Of a DNA stretch of 64,000 nt, positions 1 through 9,699 are shown piece by piece (position 1 is the stretch's first letter; every line of letters starts with the position of its first letter). Below the pieces are notes generated by a model. That model saw nothing but the letters and a program-made list of their open reading frames with translations, searched no databases and had not been told where the DNA came from. This DNA is from an uncultured delta proteobacterium (GTDB lineage Bacteria > Myxococcota_A > Polyangia > Fen-1088), in contig CAWCMR010000009.1 in assembly GCA_963796685.1 (NCBI GenBank), forward strand, positions 224,001-288,000, given 5' to 3'. A program made the translations under genes and the position numbers.

Positions 1-2560
1 CGCCCTCGTCGTCATACAGGGTGAACGATCCGTCCTGTCCCTTGTAGACCCTGATCTCCAGGGGATCCGTGCTTTCGGTGGCGTACTGAATCTGGGGGCC
101 CATCGGGAGAATGGCTCCGGCCTTCACGTACAGAGGGATCTTGCTCAACGGCGCGTCCGCCGTCACCTTGCTGCCACCACTGGTGGTCGAGCCGGTCCAG
201 AAGTCGTACCACGTGCCCGCAGGCAGATACACGGACCGGCTGGTGGCCCCGGCACTGGTCACCGGGTTGACCAGGATGGCCGGACCGTACATGAATTGGT
301 CCTTGAGCCCGTACACGCTGGCGTCGTTCGGATAGTCGAAGAAGAGCGGGCGCATGATGGTGTATCCCTCGTTGGTAACCTTCCAAGCCAGCGAATAGAG
401 ATAGGGCATCAGCCGATAGTGCAGGGTATCGATCGCGAGAAGATTGGCCTTGCCGGTGGCGCTCCACTGGTTGCCGTACAGCTCCTTGGGGGCCTGGCCA
501 TGGATGCGGAAGATTGAGCAGAAAGCCCCAAATTGGAACCAGCGGGTGAACAGCTCCTCGGTGGGCGTGCCGAAGTAGCCGCCAATGTCCGTGGTCCAGT
601 AGGGCATTCCCGCGGCCGCGTAGTTCAGACCGGCAGGGATCTGCGTGGTGAAGACGCCCCAATCGGCGTTGATGTCCCCCGACCATTCGGCGGCGGCATA
701 GCGCTGTGCGCCGGCGAAGGCGCTGCGGCTCAAGACAAAAACGCGTTTGGTGTTGGGCCCCACCTTGCGCCAGCCTTCGTAGAGTGCCTTGGTGTGCTGC
801 AAGGGATAGGCGTTGATGTACAGGGATGCCGCGCCCAGTGACGTGGTAACGCTCGACATGTTCACGCTGCCCGAGGGATAGTCTTGCGGCTCGTCGTTGT
901 CGGCCCAGATCGCGTCCCATCCGTACTTGCCGATCAACCTGTCGTACATCTGCTGGTAGACCAGCGTTCTAGCGGCGGCATTGAAGGTGTCGTAGAAGTA
1001 GTGATTGCTGCCGTTGCTGGGATTGGGATAGAGCGCGCTCATGGCCTTGAGCGCGTTGTAGTTGTCTTGATCGTTTTCCCCATCGACCGCCGCCGGCGGA
1101 TTCGCCAGGTACTGGTACTCCGGCCAGATCGAGATCATCCCGTGGATGTTGGCGGCGTGCATGGTGCTGACGAGGGTCGCCGGATTCGGATAGTTCTTTG
1201 GGTCCATGATATGGGAGCCCCAGGAATACGAGCCCCAATAGTCCCAGTCCTGAACCACCACGTCGACGGGGATCTTGGCGTTGCGATAACTGCTCACGAC
1301 GTTCAAGAATTCGGTTTGGGTGGAGTAATGGTCCTTGGATTGAAAGAGCCCATAGGCCCATTTGGCAAACAAGGGTGCAGCACCCGTGGCTGCGCGGTAA
1401 CCCGCAATGACCTGGTCGATGCCGGGACCATAGAAGAAGTAGTAATCGACGCCCTCGCCCGCCTGGGAAGTGAAGCTGTACTTGGTGTTGCTGGAAACGT
1501 TCCCGGCAAAGCTCGTGGACGAGTAGTTGTCCCAGAAGATGCCATAGCCCTTGCTCGAAACCAGCATAGGGATCTGGATCGACCCATTGCTGTTGACCAT
1601 GTTGTTCACCGTGCCACCCTTGTAGTTCATGGCGTTATCCGGGTGCTGGCCAAGACCGAACAGCCCTTCGCCCGCGGGCGAGTTGAACACGGTCTGGACC
1701 TTGTTGGTGCTCGTTCCCTGGACGGTCGCGGCGGTGACGGACTTGCTGTCCTCCGCCAAGATGACGTTGTCGCTCAAGTCGGTGTAGCTGACCACGCCCG
1801 TGCTCTCGTTGACCTTGGCCTTGAGCCTAGCCGTTGCGATGGTCAACGTCCCCGAGGCCTCGGTGACGCAAAAGCTTGGCGTCCCCCAGGTGGCGTTGAC
1901 GGACAGGGAGCTCTTGGTGGGAACGGAGGAGCCATTGCCGTACTGGACACGGATGACGTCTTCCTTGCAGACCTGCACTCTCAGCTTGCCGCTGCCCACG
2001 GTGAAGGTCACGCCGGTTGTGTCAACGGCATAGGTCGTACCTGTGGGCGGGGGCGTAGGACAGGTTAGCGTGGTCGAGCCACCCGTCCCGGAAGCGCCGC
2101 CGGCCGTCTGCCCTCCCGAGCCGGCCTGACCGCCGCCCCCTCCGGTGCCAGTACCGCCTGAGCCGACTTTGCCCCCCGTTCCAGCGCCTCCCGCAGCCCC
2201 GGTGCCTCCGCCCGTCGTGCCTGCGGGGCCTCCTCCGGTGGCAAGACCACCCGTTCCGCTTCCTCCCGTCGCGCCCGCGGCACCGCCGCTGGCCGTGGCG
2301 CCCGCTGTCCCGCCGCCCGTGGCGCGACCGCCCGCACCGACGCCCGCGGTCCCTCCCGTGCTGGCACCACCGGTGTTTCCCGCACCCCCTCCCCCGGCGC
2401 CCCCCATTACGGCGCCGCCCGTGCCTGTCCGCCCCCCGGCACTACTGCCCCCCGCCGCTCCCCCGGTTCCACCACCCGACCCAGAAGACTGACAAGCAGC
2501 CACCAGCAGCACTTGGACGAAAAGGATCGAACGACCGATGGACAGTACACTTGGCTTCAT
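1..2560 (-). CDS. GH31 glycoside hydrolase (alpha-xylosidase-like) lipoprotein with Gly-rich N-terminal linker; 3' end runs off the window
   Basis: Missing from the ORF track because it is open at the edge. Translated by hand from ATG 2560: MKPSVLSIGRSILFVQVLLVAAC, Gly/Thr linker, then GLGQH, DYYFFYGPGIDQVIAGYR..TG.APLFAKWAYG, IPVDVVVQDWDYW, WADNDEP (GH31 nucleophile region), WSGDI, YDDEG. Confidence 0.88.
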   Translation of the reverse strand, partial: MKPSVLSIGRSILFVQVLLVAACQSSGSGGGTGGAAGGSSAGGRTGTGGAVMGGAGGGGAGNTGGASTGGTAGVGAGGRATGGGTAGATASGGAAGATGGSGTGGLATGGGPAGTTGGGTGAAGGAGTGGKVGSGGTGTGGGGGQAGSGGQTAGGASGTGGSTTLTCPTPPPTGTTYAVDTTGVTFTVGSGKLRVQVCKEDVIRVQYGNGSSVPTKSSLSVNATWGTPSFCVTEASGTLTIATARLKAKVNESTGVVSYTDLSDNVILAEDSKSVTAATVQGTSTNKVQTVFNSPAGEGLFGLGQHPDNAMNYKGGTVNNMVNSNGSIQIPMLVSSKGYGIFWDNYSSTSFAGNVSSNTKYSFTSQAGEGVDYYFFYGPGIDQVIAGYRAATGAAPLFAKWAYGLFQSKDHYSTQTEFLNVVSSYRNAKIPVDVVVQDWDYWGSYSWGSHIMDPKNYPNPATLVSTMHAANIHGMISIWPEYQYLANPPAAVDGENDQDNYNALKAMSALYPNPSNGSNHYFYDTFNAAARTLVYQQMYDRLIGKYGWDAIWADNDEPQDYPSGSVNMSSVTTSLGAASLYINAYPLQHTKALYEGWRKVGPNTKRVFVLSRSAFAGAQRYAAAEWSGDINADWGVFTTQIPAGLNYAAAGMPYWTTDIGGYFGTPTEELFTRWFQFGAFCSIFRIHGQAPKELYGNQWSATGKANLLAIDTLHYRLMPYLYSLAWKVTNEGYTIMRPLFFDYPNDASVYGLKDQFMYGPAILVNPVTSAGATSRSVYLPAGTWYDFWTGSTTSGGSKVTADAPLSKIPLYVKAGAILPMGPQIQYATESTDPLEIRVYKGQDGSFTLYDDEG

Positions 2561-2700
2561 AGTCTGTTACTGTCGCAACGAAGGCAGGGTTGTACCGAAA
2601 TCGCAGGTCTTGCCAGCATTTCGCTCGTGCCCAGCTCTGCGGCTGGTTTGCAGGGATGAGATCGGCTTTCACGGCGCCGGGAGAGCGGAACGCGACCTCT

Positions 2701-3837
2701 TCAGTCGTTCGGCCCGTACGAGGCAACGCGACCGCGGTGGTGCTGGTAGGCGGGTTGGTCGAGTCGAGGGAAGCGGTACAGGTACTCGGCCGGCGAGATG
2801 CCGTTGGTCCAATGCCCGGCGGCCATGGCCAAGCCGGTCACGCCGAGGAAGATGGCGACGACGAGGGTGGCCACCCAGCGGGCCGAGATAGCCCGGCCAT
2901 GGGCGCGCACTTCCAGCGTGTCCATCACCGGGCACACCGCAACGCAGTCCAGGCAACTCGTGCATTCGTCGCTCCACACCCGCCCGGCGGTGTGGACGCG
3001 GATGTTCGACGGACACGCGCGCGTGCAGAGCCGGCAATCGATGCAGCGACTCTTGTTGCGCGCGACCTTGGAAGGGCTCAATAGACCAACCACGCCGAGC
3101 AAGGCGCCGTACGGACACAGGAAGCGACACCAGGCGTTCTTCACGAAGAGCGAAAGCACGACCAGGACCAGCACCACCTTCAGCGCCAACCCGGAAATTC
3201 CGGCAAAGAAGAGATACATCTTGATGTCGGCGACCTTGTTGTACGGGCTGCCGATGAAGGCATCGAGCGTCGGAAGGTCCATCTTGGCGATGGACCACAC
3301 GAAGAAGAGCAGCAGCGCATATTTGGGCGCGCGCAGCGGATAGTCGAGCCAGCGGGGCAGGATGATGTTTCTGCGATAGACGAAGCGGCCGAGCCGCCAC
3401 AGAGACTCGCTGAGCGTGCCGATGGGGCAAAGAAAGCTGCAGAAGGCCTTCTTGACCGCGAGGCTGAGCAGCACGATGGCGGTCAAGATGAACAGGGCAG
3501 CGGGATGGACATGGTCGACCGTTCCGGTGGCGAGGAAGTGCTTGACTCCGATGAGAGCGCTGATGGGAAGGAAGCCCTCGGCGCCCGGCGGACGCTTCGC
3601 GTACGGCAAGGCCCCGTGCGACATGCCCCAGGCAAAAAATTGGTGAAACTCGATCCCGATCCACACGCAGAGCGCGACGAACCCGACCTGCACCGTCAAC
3701 CGGATCGCGTGAGGGTCGTCGCGCAGGCGCAGGACCATTCGGCGCCACAACCGCTTCTCGGTCTGGTAGGCCGGCTTCGGTTTGCGCAACTCTGGTGCCA
3801 GCTTCCTTGGTCGGATCTGTACCAGTGTTTGCGCCAC
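2701..3837 (-). CDS. Membrane 4Fe-4S binding protein (YccM/NapH/FixG-like polyferredoxin)
   Basis: TM helices; AFCSFLCPIG and AWCRFLCPYG motifs; CIDCRLCTRACP and CTSCLDCVAVCP. Start placed at GTG 3837 (GGAG upstream, downstream of the sigma54 promoter). Confidence 0.85.
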   Translation of the reverse strand: MAQTLVQIRPRKLAPELRKPKPAYQTEKRLWRRMVLRLRDDPHAIRLTVQVGFVALCVWIGIEFHQFFAWGMSHGALPYAKRPPGAEGFLPISALIGVKHFLATGTVDHVHPAALFILTAIVLLSLAVKKAFCSFLCPIGTLSESLWRLGRFVYRRNIILPRWLDYPLRAPKYALLLFFVWSIAKMDLPTLDAFIGSPYNKVADIKMYLFFAGISGLALKVVLVLVVLSLFVKNAWCRFLCPYGALLGVVGLLSPSKVARNKSRCIDCRLCTRACPSNIRVHTAGRVWSDECTSCLDCVAVCPVMDTLEVRAHGRAISARWVATLVVAIFLGVTGLAMAAGHWTNGISPAEYLYRFPRLDQPAYQHHRGRVASYGPND

Positions 3838-3868
3838 GACCTCTTGCTCCGTCCTCCCGGCTTGCAAA

Positions 3869-3885
3869 AGCAGGACCTATGCCAA
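3869..3885 (-). promoter_or_regulatory. Putative sigma54 (-24/-12) promoter of the polyferredoxin gene
   Basis: Minus strand reads TTGGCATAGGTCCTGCT, i.e. GG-N10-GC; AT-rich IHF-like tract at about 3902-3914. Confidence 0.65.
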
Positions 3886-3948
3886 TCTAAATGCATAGTT
3901 AAAACAATCGGTTAAACGCCATGTTGTCAAAGATACGTCAAACGAAAT

Positions 3949-3987
3949 GATGTCAATATGACCACATCGATGTCATAGCGACTACGT
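3949..3987. promoter_or_regulatory. Tandem palindromic sites, candidate enhancer (UAS) for a sigma54 activator
   Basis: GATGTCAATATGACCACAT and GATGTCATAGCGACTACGT with a 20-bp period; each has a GTC-N5-GAC core; 65-100 bp upstream of the -24 element. Confidence 0.5.
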
Positions 3988-4029
3988 GGATCCTGTGCAC
4001 CCCGACGGAGGATCGGCATCTAAATTCGC

Positions 4030-5178
4030 GTGCGCTATCTAGTCGTTGTTGCAGGGCTCGTCGTGCTCATCGGCAGCTTGGCTGCCGTCAAGGTGGGCCA
4101 AATCAAGGAGCTGATCGGATTTGGCAAGGCAGCGGCGGCAGCGGGGCCGCCACCCGAGGTGATCGGGACCATGGAGGCCAAGGCGGAGCTTTGGGACGAT
4201 CGGCTGTCCTCGGTCGGCACGGTCGCGCCCACCCGCGGTGTGACGGTGAGCAGCGAGATGGCGGGCACGGTGAAGACCATCCATTTCGACTCCGGGCAGA
4301 AGGTGCGGAAAGGGCAGATCCTCGTCGAGCTCGACCGCAGCGTGGAGGCGGCCGAGCTGGGCTCGGCGCAAGAGCGCGAGCACCTGGCGCGCATCAACGA
4401 AGAGCGCTCGCGCGCCCTGTTCAAGGGTCACGCAACCACCCAGGCACAGGTCGACAACGACGAAAGCGCGCTCCGCTCCGCCGTTGCTGACGTGAGCTCC
4501 CTCAAGGCCCAAATCGAGCGCAAGGTCGTCCGGGCTCCGTTCGCCGGGCGCTTGGGCATCCGGATGGTCAACCTCGGCCAGTATCTCACGCCAGGAACCC
4601 CGGTCACGGAGCTCGAATCCGCGGAAACCGACTTCGTCGACTTCACCCTGCCGCAAGAACAGATTCACAGGTTGAAGGTGGGCATGCAGGTCGTGATCAA
4701 CGAGGGAACATCCGGCCCGCACGGCGAGGCTACCATCAGCGCGATCGAGCCGCTGGTGGATCCTGTGACGCGCAGTGGTCAGGTGCGGGCCGCCGTAAAG
4801 AAAATGGAGCCACCGCCCAGTCCCGGCATGTTCGTGAACGTGCAGGTCATCCTGCCCGAGAAGCGGACGGTGACCGTGGTCGGTGCCACGGCGATCGTGC
4901 GGGCCTCGTACGGGGACTCGGTCTTCGTGGTCGAGGACAAGCGCGAGAACGGGCACATCGTCACCGGACCGGACGGCAAGCCCATCCTGGTCGCTCGCCA
5001 ACAGTTCGTGAAGACGGGCGAGGCGCGCGGCGACTTCGTGGAGATTCTCCAAGGGGTACAGCCTGGGCAGACCGTGGTCTCCGAAGGTGCCTTCAAGCTG
5101 CGCAACGGGATGAAGGTGGCGGTGAACAACTCGGTGCGACTCCATCCCGAGCTCGTGCCCTCGGTCGAGAACCGCTGA
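4030..5178 (+). CDS. RND efflux periplasmic adaptor (MFP) subunit
   Basis: N-terminal TM; G.V..I.F.SGQ.V.KGQ.LV.LD lipoyl-like motif; APFAGRLG; PGMFVNV; directly upstream of the RND permease. Confidence 0.93.
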   Translation: MRYLVVVAGLVVLIGSLAAVKVGQIKELIGFGKAAAAAGPPPEVIGTMEAKAELWDDRLSSVGTVAPTRGVTVSSEMAGTVKTIHFDSGQKVRKGQILVELDRSVEAAELGSAQEREHLARINEERSRALFKGHATTQAQVDNDESALRSAVADVSSLKAQIERKVVRAPFAGRLGIRMVNLGQYLTPGTPVTELESAETDFVDFTLPQEQIHRLKVGMQVVINEGTSGPHGEATISAIEPLVDPVTRSGQVRAAVKKMEPPPSPGMFVNVQVILPEKRTVTVVGATAIVRASYGDSVFVVEDKRENGHIVTGPDGKPILVARQQFVKTGEARGDFVEILQGVQPGQTVVSEGAFKLRNGMKVAVNNSVRLHPELVPSVENR

Positions 5179-5181
5179 CCC

Positions 5182-8100
5182 ATGCGCTTCGTCGATCTCT
5201 TCATCCGTCGGCCCATCGTGGCCATCGTCGTGAGCCTGATCATCGTGATCGCGGGGATCCAGGCCATCCGCTCGCTCAATGTGCGCCAGTACCCGAGGCT
5301 CGAATCGGCCAGCATCGTGGTGACCACCGTGTACGTGGGGGCCAGCGCCGACCTCGTGCGAGGGTTCGTCACCGTCCCTCTCGAACAGGCCATCGCTGCC
5401 GCCGACGGCATCGACTACATCGAATCGCAGAGCGTGCAAGGTCTGTCCACCATCAACGTCCGTCTGAAGCTCAACTTCGACGGTGCCAAGGCCCTGGCCG
5501 ACGTCAGCACGCGGGTCAACCAGGTGCGCGCCAATCTGCCTCCCGAATCCGAGATCCCGGCCATCAGCCTGCAGCCGTCCGACGCACAGACCGCCGCCAT
5601 GTACCTGTCCTTTTCCTCCACCATCCTGCAGAACAACGAGGTCACCGACTACCTGATTCGCATCGTGCAACCGCGCCTGACCGCCATCAGCGGGGTCCAG
5701 CGCGCGGAGATCCTGGGCGGCCGGACTTTCGCCATCCGCGCCTGGCTCAAGCCTGAGCGCATGGCATCGCTCAACATCAGCCCCAGCCAGGTGCGTGGCG
5801 CGCTCGCGGCCAACAACGCCCTGTCCCCGGTAGGGCAGACCAAAGGCCGTCTGGTACAGCTCGACCTCACCACCTCGACCGACCTGCACAGCGTCGAAGA
5901 CTTTCGCAATCTCGTGGTGCGCCAGCAGGGCAGCACCATCATCCGCCTCAAGGACATCGCCGACGTGGTCCTGGGCGCCGACGACTACGACCAGGATGTG
6001 CGCATGAACGGCGAGCGCGCGGTCTTCATGGGGGTCTGGGTCTTGCCCAACGCCAACACCTTGCAGGTCATCGGCGACGTGAACCACGAGATCGAAGGTC
6101 TCAAGCGCGAGCTTCCCGTCGGGCATGACGGCGGCCGTGGCCTACGATTCCACCCAATACATTCGCAGCGCCATCGACGAGGTCGTGTGGACCCTGTCCT
6201 TGACGGTGGCCATCGTGATCGTCGTCATCTTCCTCTTCCTGGGCTCGCTGCGCACGGTGCTGGTCCCGGTCATCGCCATTCCGGTCTCCCTGGTGGGCGC
6301 GGTCTTCCTCATGCAGGTCTTCGGCTTCACGGTGAACCTCCTCACCCTGCTGGCCATCGTGCTGGCGGTCGGCCTGGTCGTGGACGATGCCATCGTCGTG
6401 GTGGAGAACTGCGAGCGCCACATCCGCGAGGGCCGCTCGCGCCTGGTCGCGGCCTTCCTCGGCGGCCGCGAGCTCGTGCGTCCGATCATCGCCATGACCA
6501 TCACCCTGGCTGCCGTCTACGCGCCGATCGGCTTCCAGGGTGGCCTCACGGGTGCCCTGTTCCACGAGTTCGCCTTCACCTTGGCCGGCGCGGTCTTCAT
6601 CTCCGGCGTCGTGGCCCTGACCCTGTCGCCCATGATGTGCTCGAGGCTGCTCAACCCGGTGTATGAGCCCCGCTGGCTGGCGCATCACATCGACCTCGGT
6701 TTCGATTGGTTTCGCGGGGTCTACGGCCGCCTCCTCGGCCTCACCCTGCGCGCGCGCGGCGCGGTCTACGTGGCGTGGATTGTCATCACCCTGGCCATCG
6801 TCCCCATGTACCTGTTCTCGCCCAAGGAGCTGGCTCCCACCGAGGACCAAGGCGTGATGTTCGGGGCGATGGTCCTGCCCCCCAACGCCACCCTCGAGCA
6901 GCTCGACCCCTTCCGCGCCGAGGTCACGCGCATCTTCATGGAGACCCCGGAGTTCGCCCACACGTTTCAGATCACCTTCCCCACGCAAGCCTTCGGGGGC
7001 ATGCTGGTCAAGCCCTGGAACCAGCGCAAGCGCACCATCTTCGCCATCAACAACGAGGTCAATGCCAAGCTGGCCCGCATTGCCGGCGTGCGCGCCCCGG
7101 TGTTCTTGCCGCCGGCCCTGCCGAGCCCCGGCTTCTTCCCTATCGAGCTGGTCATCGGATCCACGGCCGACCACCAGGAGATCTTGCGCTTCGCCGACCA
7201 GATTCGGCAGAGCGCCGTCGAGAGCGGGCAATTTGCCTTCCCGCCCGTGAGCGACGTGCTCATCGATCAGGGGAAGGTCGACATCGTTCTCGATCGCAAC
7301 AAGATTGCATCGATGGGGCTCAATATGGCGCAAATCGGAGGCGATCTCGCGGCCATGCTGGGGGGCAATTACGTCAACCGCTTCAGCCTACAAGGTCGCG
7401 CGTACAAGGTCATTGCCCAAGCCGAGCGCACGAGCCGCCTCACCGCCGATGAGCTGCGGAGCATCTACGTCACCGGCCCGCAAGGAGGACTGGTGCCCCT
7501 GTCCTCCATCGCGACCTTGAAGAACGAGGTCGAGCCACGCACCCTGAATCGTTTCCAGCAGCTCAACGCCGTCAAGATCTCGGGCGTGCCCACGCGCTCG
7601 GTCGAGGACGGGCTCGCAGTGCTGGAGAAGGCCGCGGCGAAGATCCTGCCGCAGGGCTACCACGTCGACTACACGGGTGAGTCGCGCCAGCTGCGCCACG
7701 AGCAGGGTCGGTTCCTGCCGGCCATGACCCTGGCCCTGGTTCTCATCTTCCTCGTGCTCGCGGCCCAGTTCAACTCGTTCCGCGACCCCTTCGTGATTCT
7801 CGCCGGATCCGCCCCTCTGGCCATTTTCGGGGCCCTCATCTTCACCTTCCTCAAGTTCCAAGGTCCGCCCGGCTTGACCTTCGGGCTGACCCAGGGCTGG
7901 ACCGCCACGCTCAACATCTATTCCGAGGTGGGGCTCGTCACCCTGGTGGGTCTGGTGGCCAAGAACGGCATCCTGATCGCCGAGTTCGCCAACGTCCAGC
8001 AGACCCTCGGCCTGTCGAAGCTCGAGGCCGTGCACAGCGCAGCCATGATCCGACTCCGCCCCATCCTGATGACCACCATCGCCACCATCGCCGGTCTCTT

Positions 8101-8323
8101 TCCCCTCACCGTGGCCGCGGGCCCGGGTGCGGCCGCGCGCAACTCCATCGGCATCGTGCTGGTGGGTGGAATCTCCATCGGCACCCTGTTTACGCTGTTC
8201 GTGGTGCCGTCGATCTACGTGCTCTTCGCCCGCGACCACCGCAAGGCCCACGAGCAAGAGTTGGAGACGGAGAGGGCAGCCGCCACGGCCGGCGAGCCGA
8301 GGCCCGCCAGCGCGCCCGGGTGA
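5182..8323 (+). CDS. RND efflux permease (AcrB/MexI-like), split by an apparent +1 frameshift near 6120
   Basis: 5182 ORF: FIRRPIVAIV..QYP; 6125 ORF: GLVVDDAIVVVEN, GLVAKNGILI, RLRPILMTT. Junction CCCGTCGGGCATGACG restores LPVG-MTAAVAYD if one base is removed. Confidence 0.88.
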
Positions 8324-8445
8324 GAGCATTCGCAAGGATCGGAGCCGTGCACCCCCTGTGCGCACGGCCACGCTCTGGTCGAGGACCGCCCCGTGACAGG
8401 TATCGGGAGGGTTCTCTTCGTCGTAGTCTGAAGGAAGGCAAGAAA

Positions 8446-9678
8446 ATGAATCGATTGGCTGTTCTCGTATCCGCGGTGTTGGCCTGCTCCTCGCCCATGA
8501 AGTCGCACGTACCGGACGGAGGGTCATCCGACGGTGGGGCGACAGGAAGCGGTGGCGCCCTGGCTGGTGGGGGCGCAACGAGCACGGGCGGGGCCAGCTC
8601 GGCGGCTGGAGGTTCGGTCGCCAGCGGCGGTACCGTGGGCACCGGAGGTTCGGTCGCCAGCGGCGGTGCCGTGGGCACTGGAGGATCCGTTTCGCCGGCA
8701 GATGGTTCGGCTTCCACCGCCGACCTGGACGCGTGTACGAGTGATGCCGACTGCCTGTCCTCGTGTATTTGGGTTACGGCTCCCACGAGCCCGAGCGAGT
8801 GCAAGGCCAGCTATTGCTGTGGTATGCCGCAGATGAGCAAGCGGAGGTGCGACGTCAACCAAGCTGCTTGGGCATCCTATTGCCCCAACCAATCTCCCAC
8901 CAGCGGGGTCTGCCCGTGTGTGGTGCTGTGCCCAAACGCGATATTCGGCTGCTTCGGCGGCCGGTGTACGACTGCATGCCCGGAAAGCTCCGATGCGGGC
9001 GCCGATGTTGCCATCGTCCCCAGTGGCGACGCATCGGGGAACGGCGGGACGGGGGGCAGCTCGACCGGTAGCGGCGGACTCCAAGGAGGCACGGACACGG
9101 GTGACGCCTTGGTGCTCCCTCCGGGCTCCTGCGGCTCGGATTTCCTGAACCAGTTTCTGCCGAACAACAAGGTTCTGGGATGGACGATCGATCCGAGCAA
9201 TTCGGTTACGACTGGCAAAGCAGCCGCTGTCGCGAACACCCAAAGTGGCGTCGAGAATCTCATCGACGGCGCATCGGCCGGGTTCTTTGCCGAGCCTTTT
9301 GTGCCGCTGACCTTCGCTTGGCAAAACTACCAGAGCACGACCGTGACCGACGCGCCCGGGCCCGACTATGCGACCGTGTCGCTCTACATCCTGCAGATGG
9401 CCAGTGCCGAGCAAGCATCCGGGCTCTACACCTCGCTGGTCACGAATCCGTTTTACGCCGGAAGAGCCTGGAGCGAGCCCAGCTCTCCGTTGGTCGGAAC
9501 CGACTCCCGCATCGCGGACACCGGAGACCACTGGTGGGTCAACTTCTACAAAGGGAACTGCTACGTCGAGGTCAGCCTCTCGCCCTCTTACGGTCCCGCG
9601 CCGGACTACACCCCAAGTGACGCCAGTACGAAAGCGGCGGCCATGACACTTTCACAGGCCGTGGCAGGCAAGATGTGA
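8446..9678 (+). CDS. Secreted lipoprotein: Gly-rich linker, Cys-rich domain, C-terminal DUF6599-like domain
   Basis: MNRLAVLVSAVLAC lipobox; Cys cluster; NLIDGASAGFF...VSLYILQMASAEQASGLY resembles DUF6599. Confidence 0.65.
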   Translation: MNRLAVLVSAVLACSSPMKSHVPDGGSSDGGATGSGGALAGGGATSTGGASSAAGGSVASGGTVGTGGSVASGGAVGTGGSVSPADGSASTADLDACTSDADCLSSCIWVTAPTSPSECKASYCCGMPQMSKRRCDVNQAAWASYCPNQSPTSGVCPCVVLCPNAIFGCFGGRCTTACPESSDAGADVAIVPSGDASGNGGTGGSSTGSGGLQGGTDTGDALVLPPGSCGSDFLNQFLPNNKVLGWTIDPSNSVTTGKAAAVANTQSGVENLIDGASAGFFAEPFVPLTFAWQNYQSTTVTDAPGPDYATVSLYILQMASAEQASGLYTSLVTNPFYAGRAWSEPSSPLVGTDSRIADTGDHWWVNFYKGNCYVEVSLSPSYGPAPDYTPSDASTKAAAMTLSQAVAGKM

Positions 9679-9699
9679 GACCAGGGACAGCGTCACCGC

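Noticed and set aside
2070-2490. Pro-rich plus-strand ORFs (2145..2492, 10551..11168) as real proteins
   Set aside because: Antisense images of Gly-rich linkers in minus-strand lipoproteins.
6100-6140. Programmed ribosomal frameshift in the RND gene
   Set aside because: No slippery sequence or stimulatory structure; similar +1 breaks elsewhere point to sequence error.
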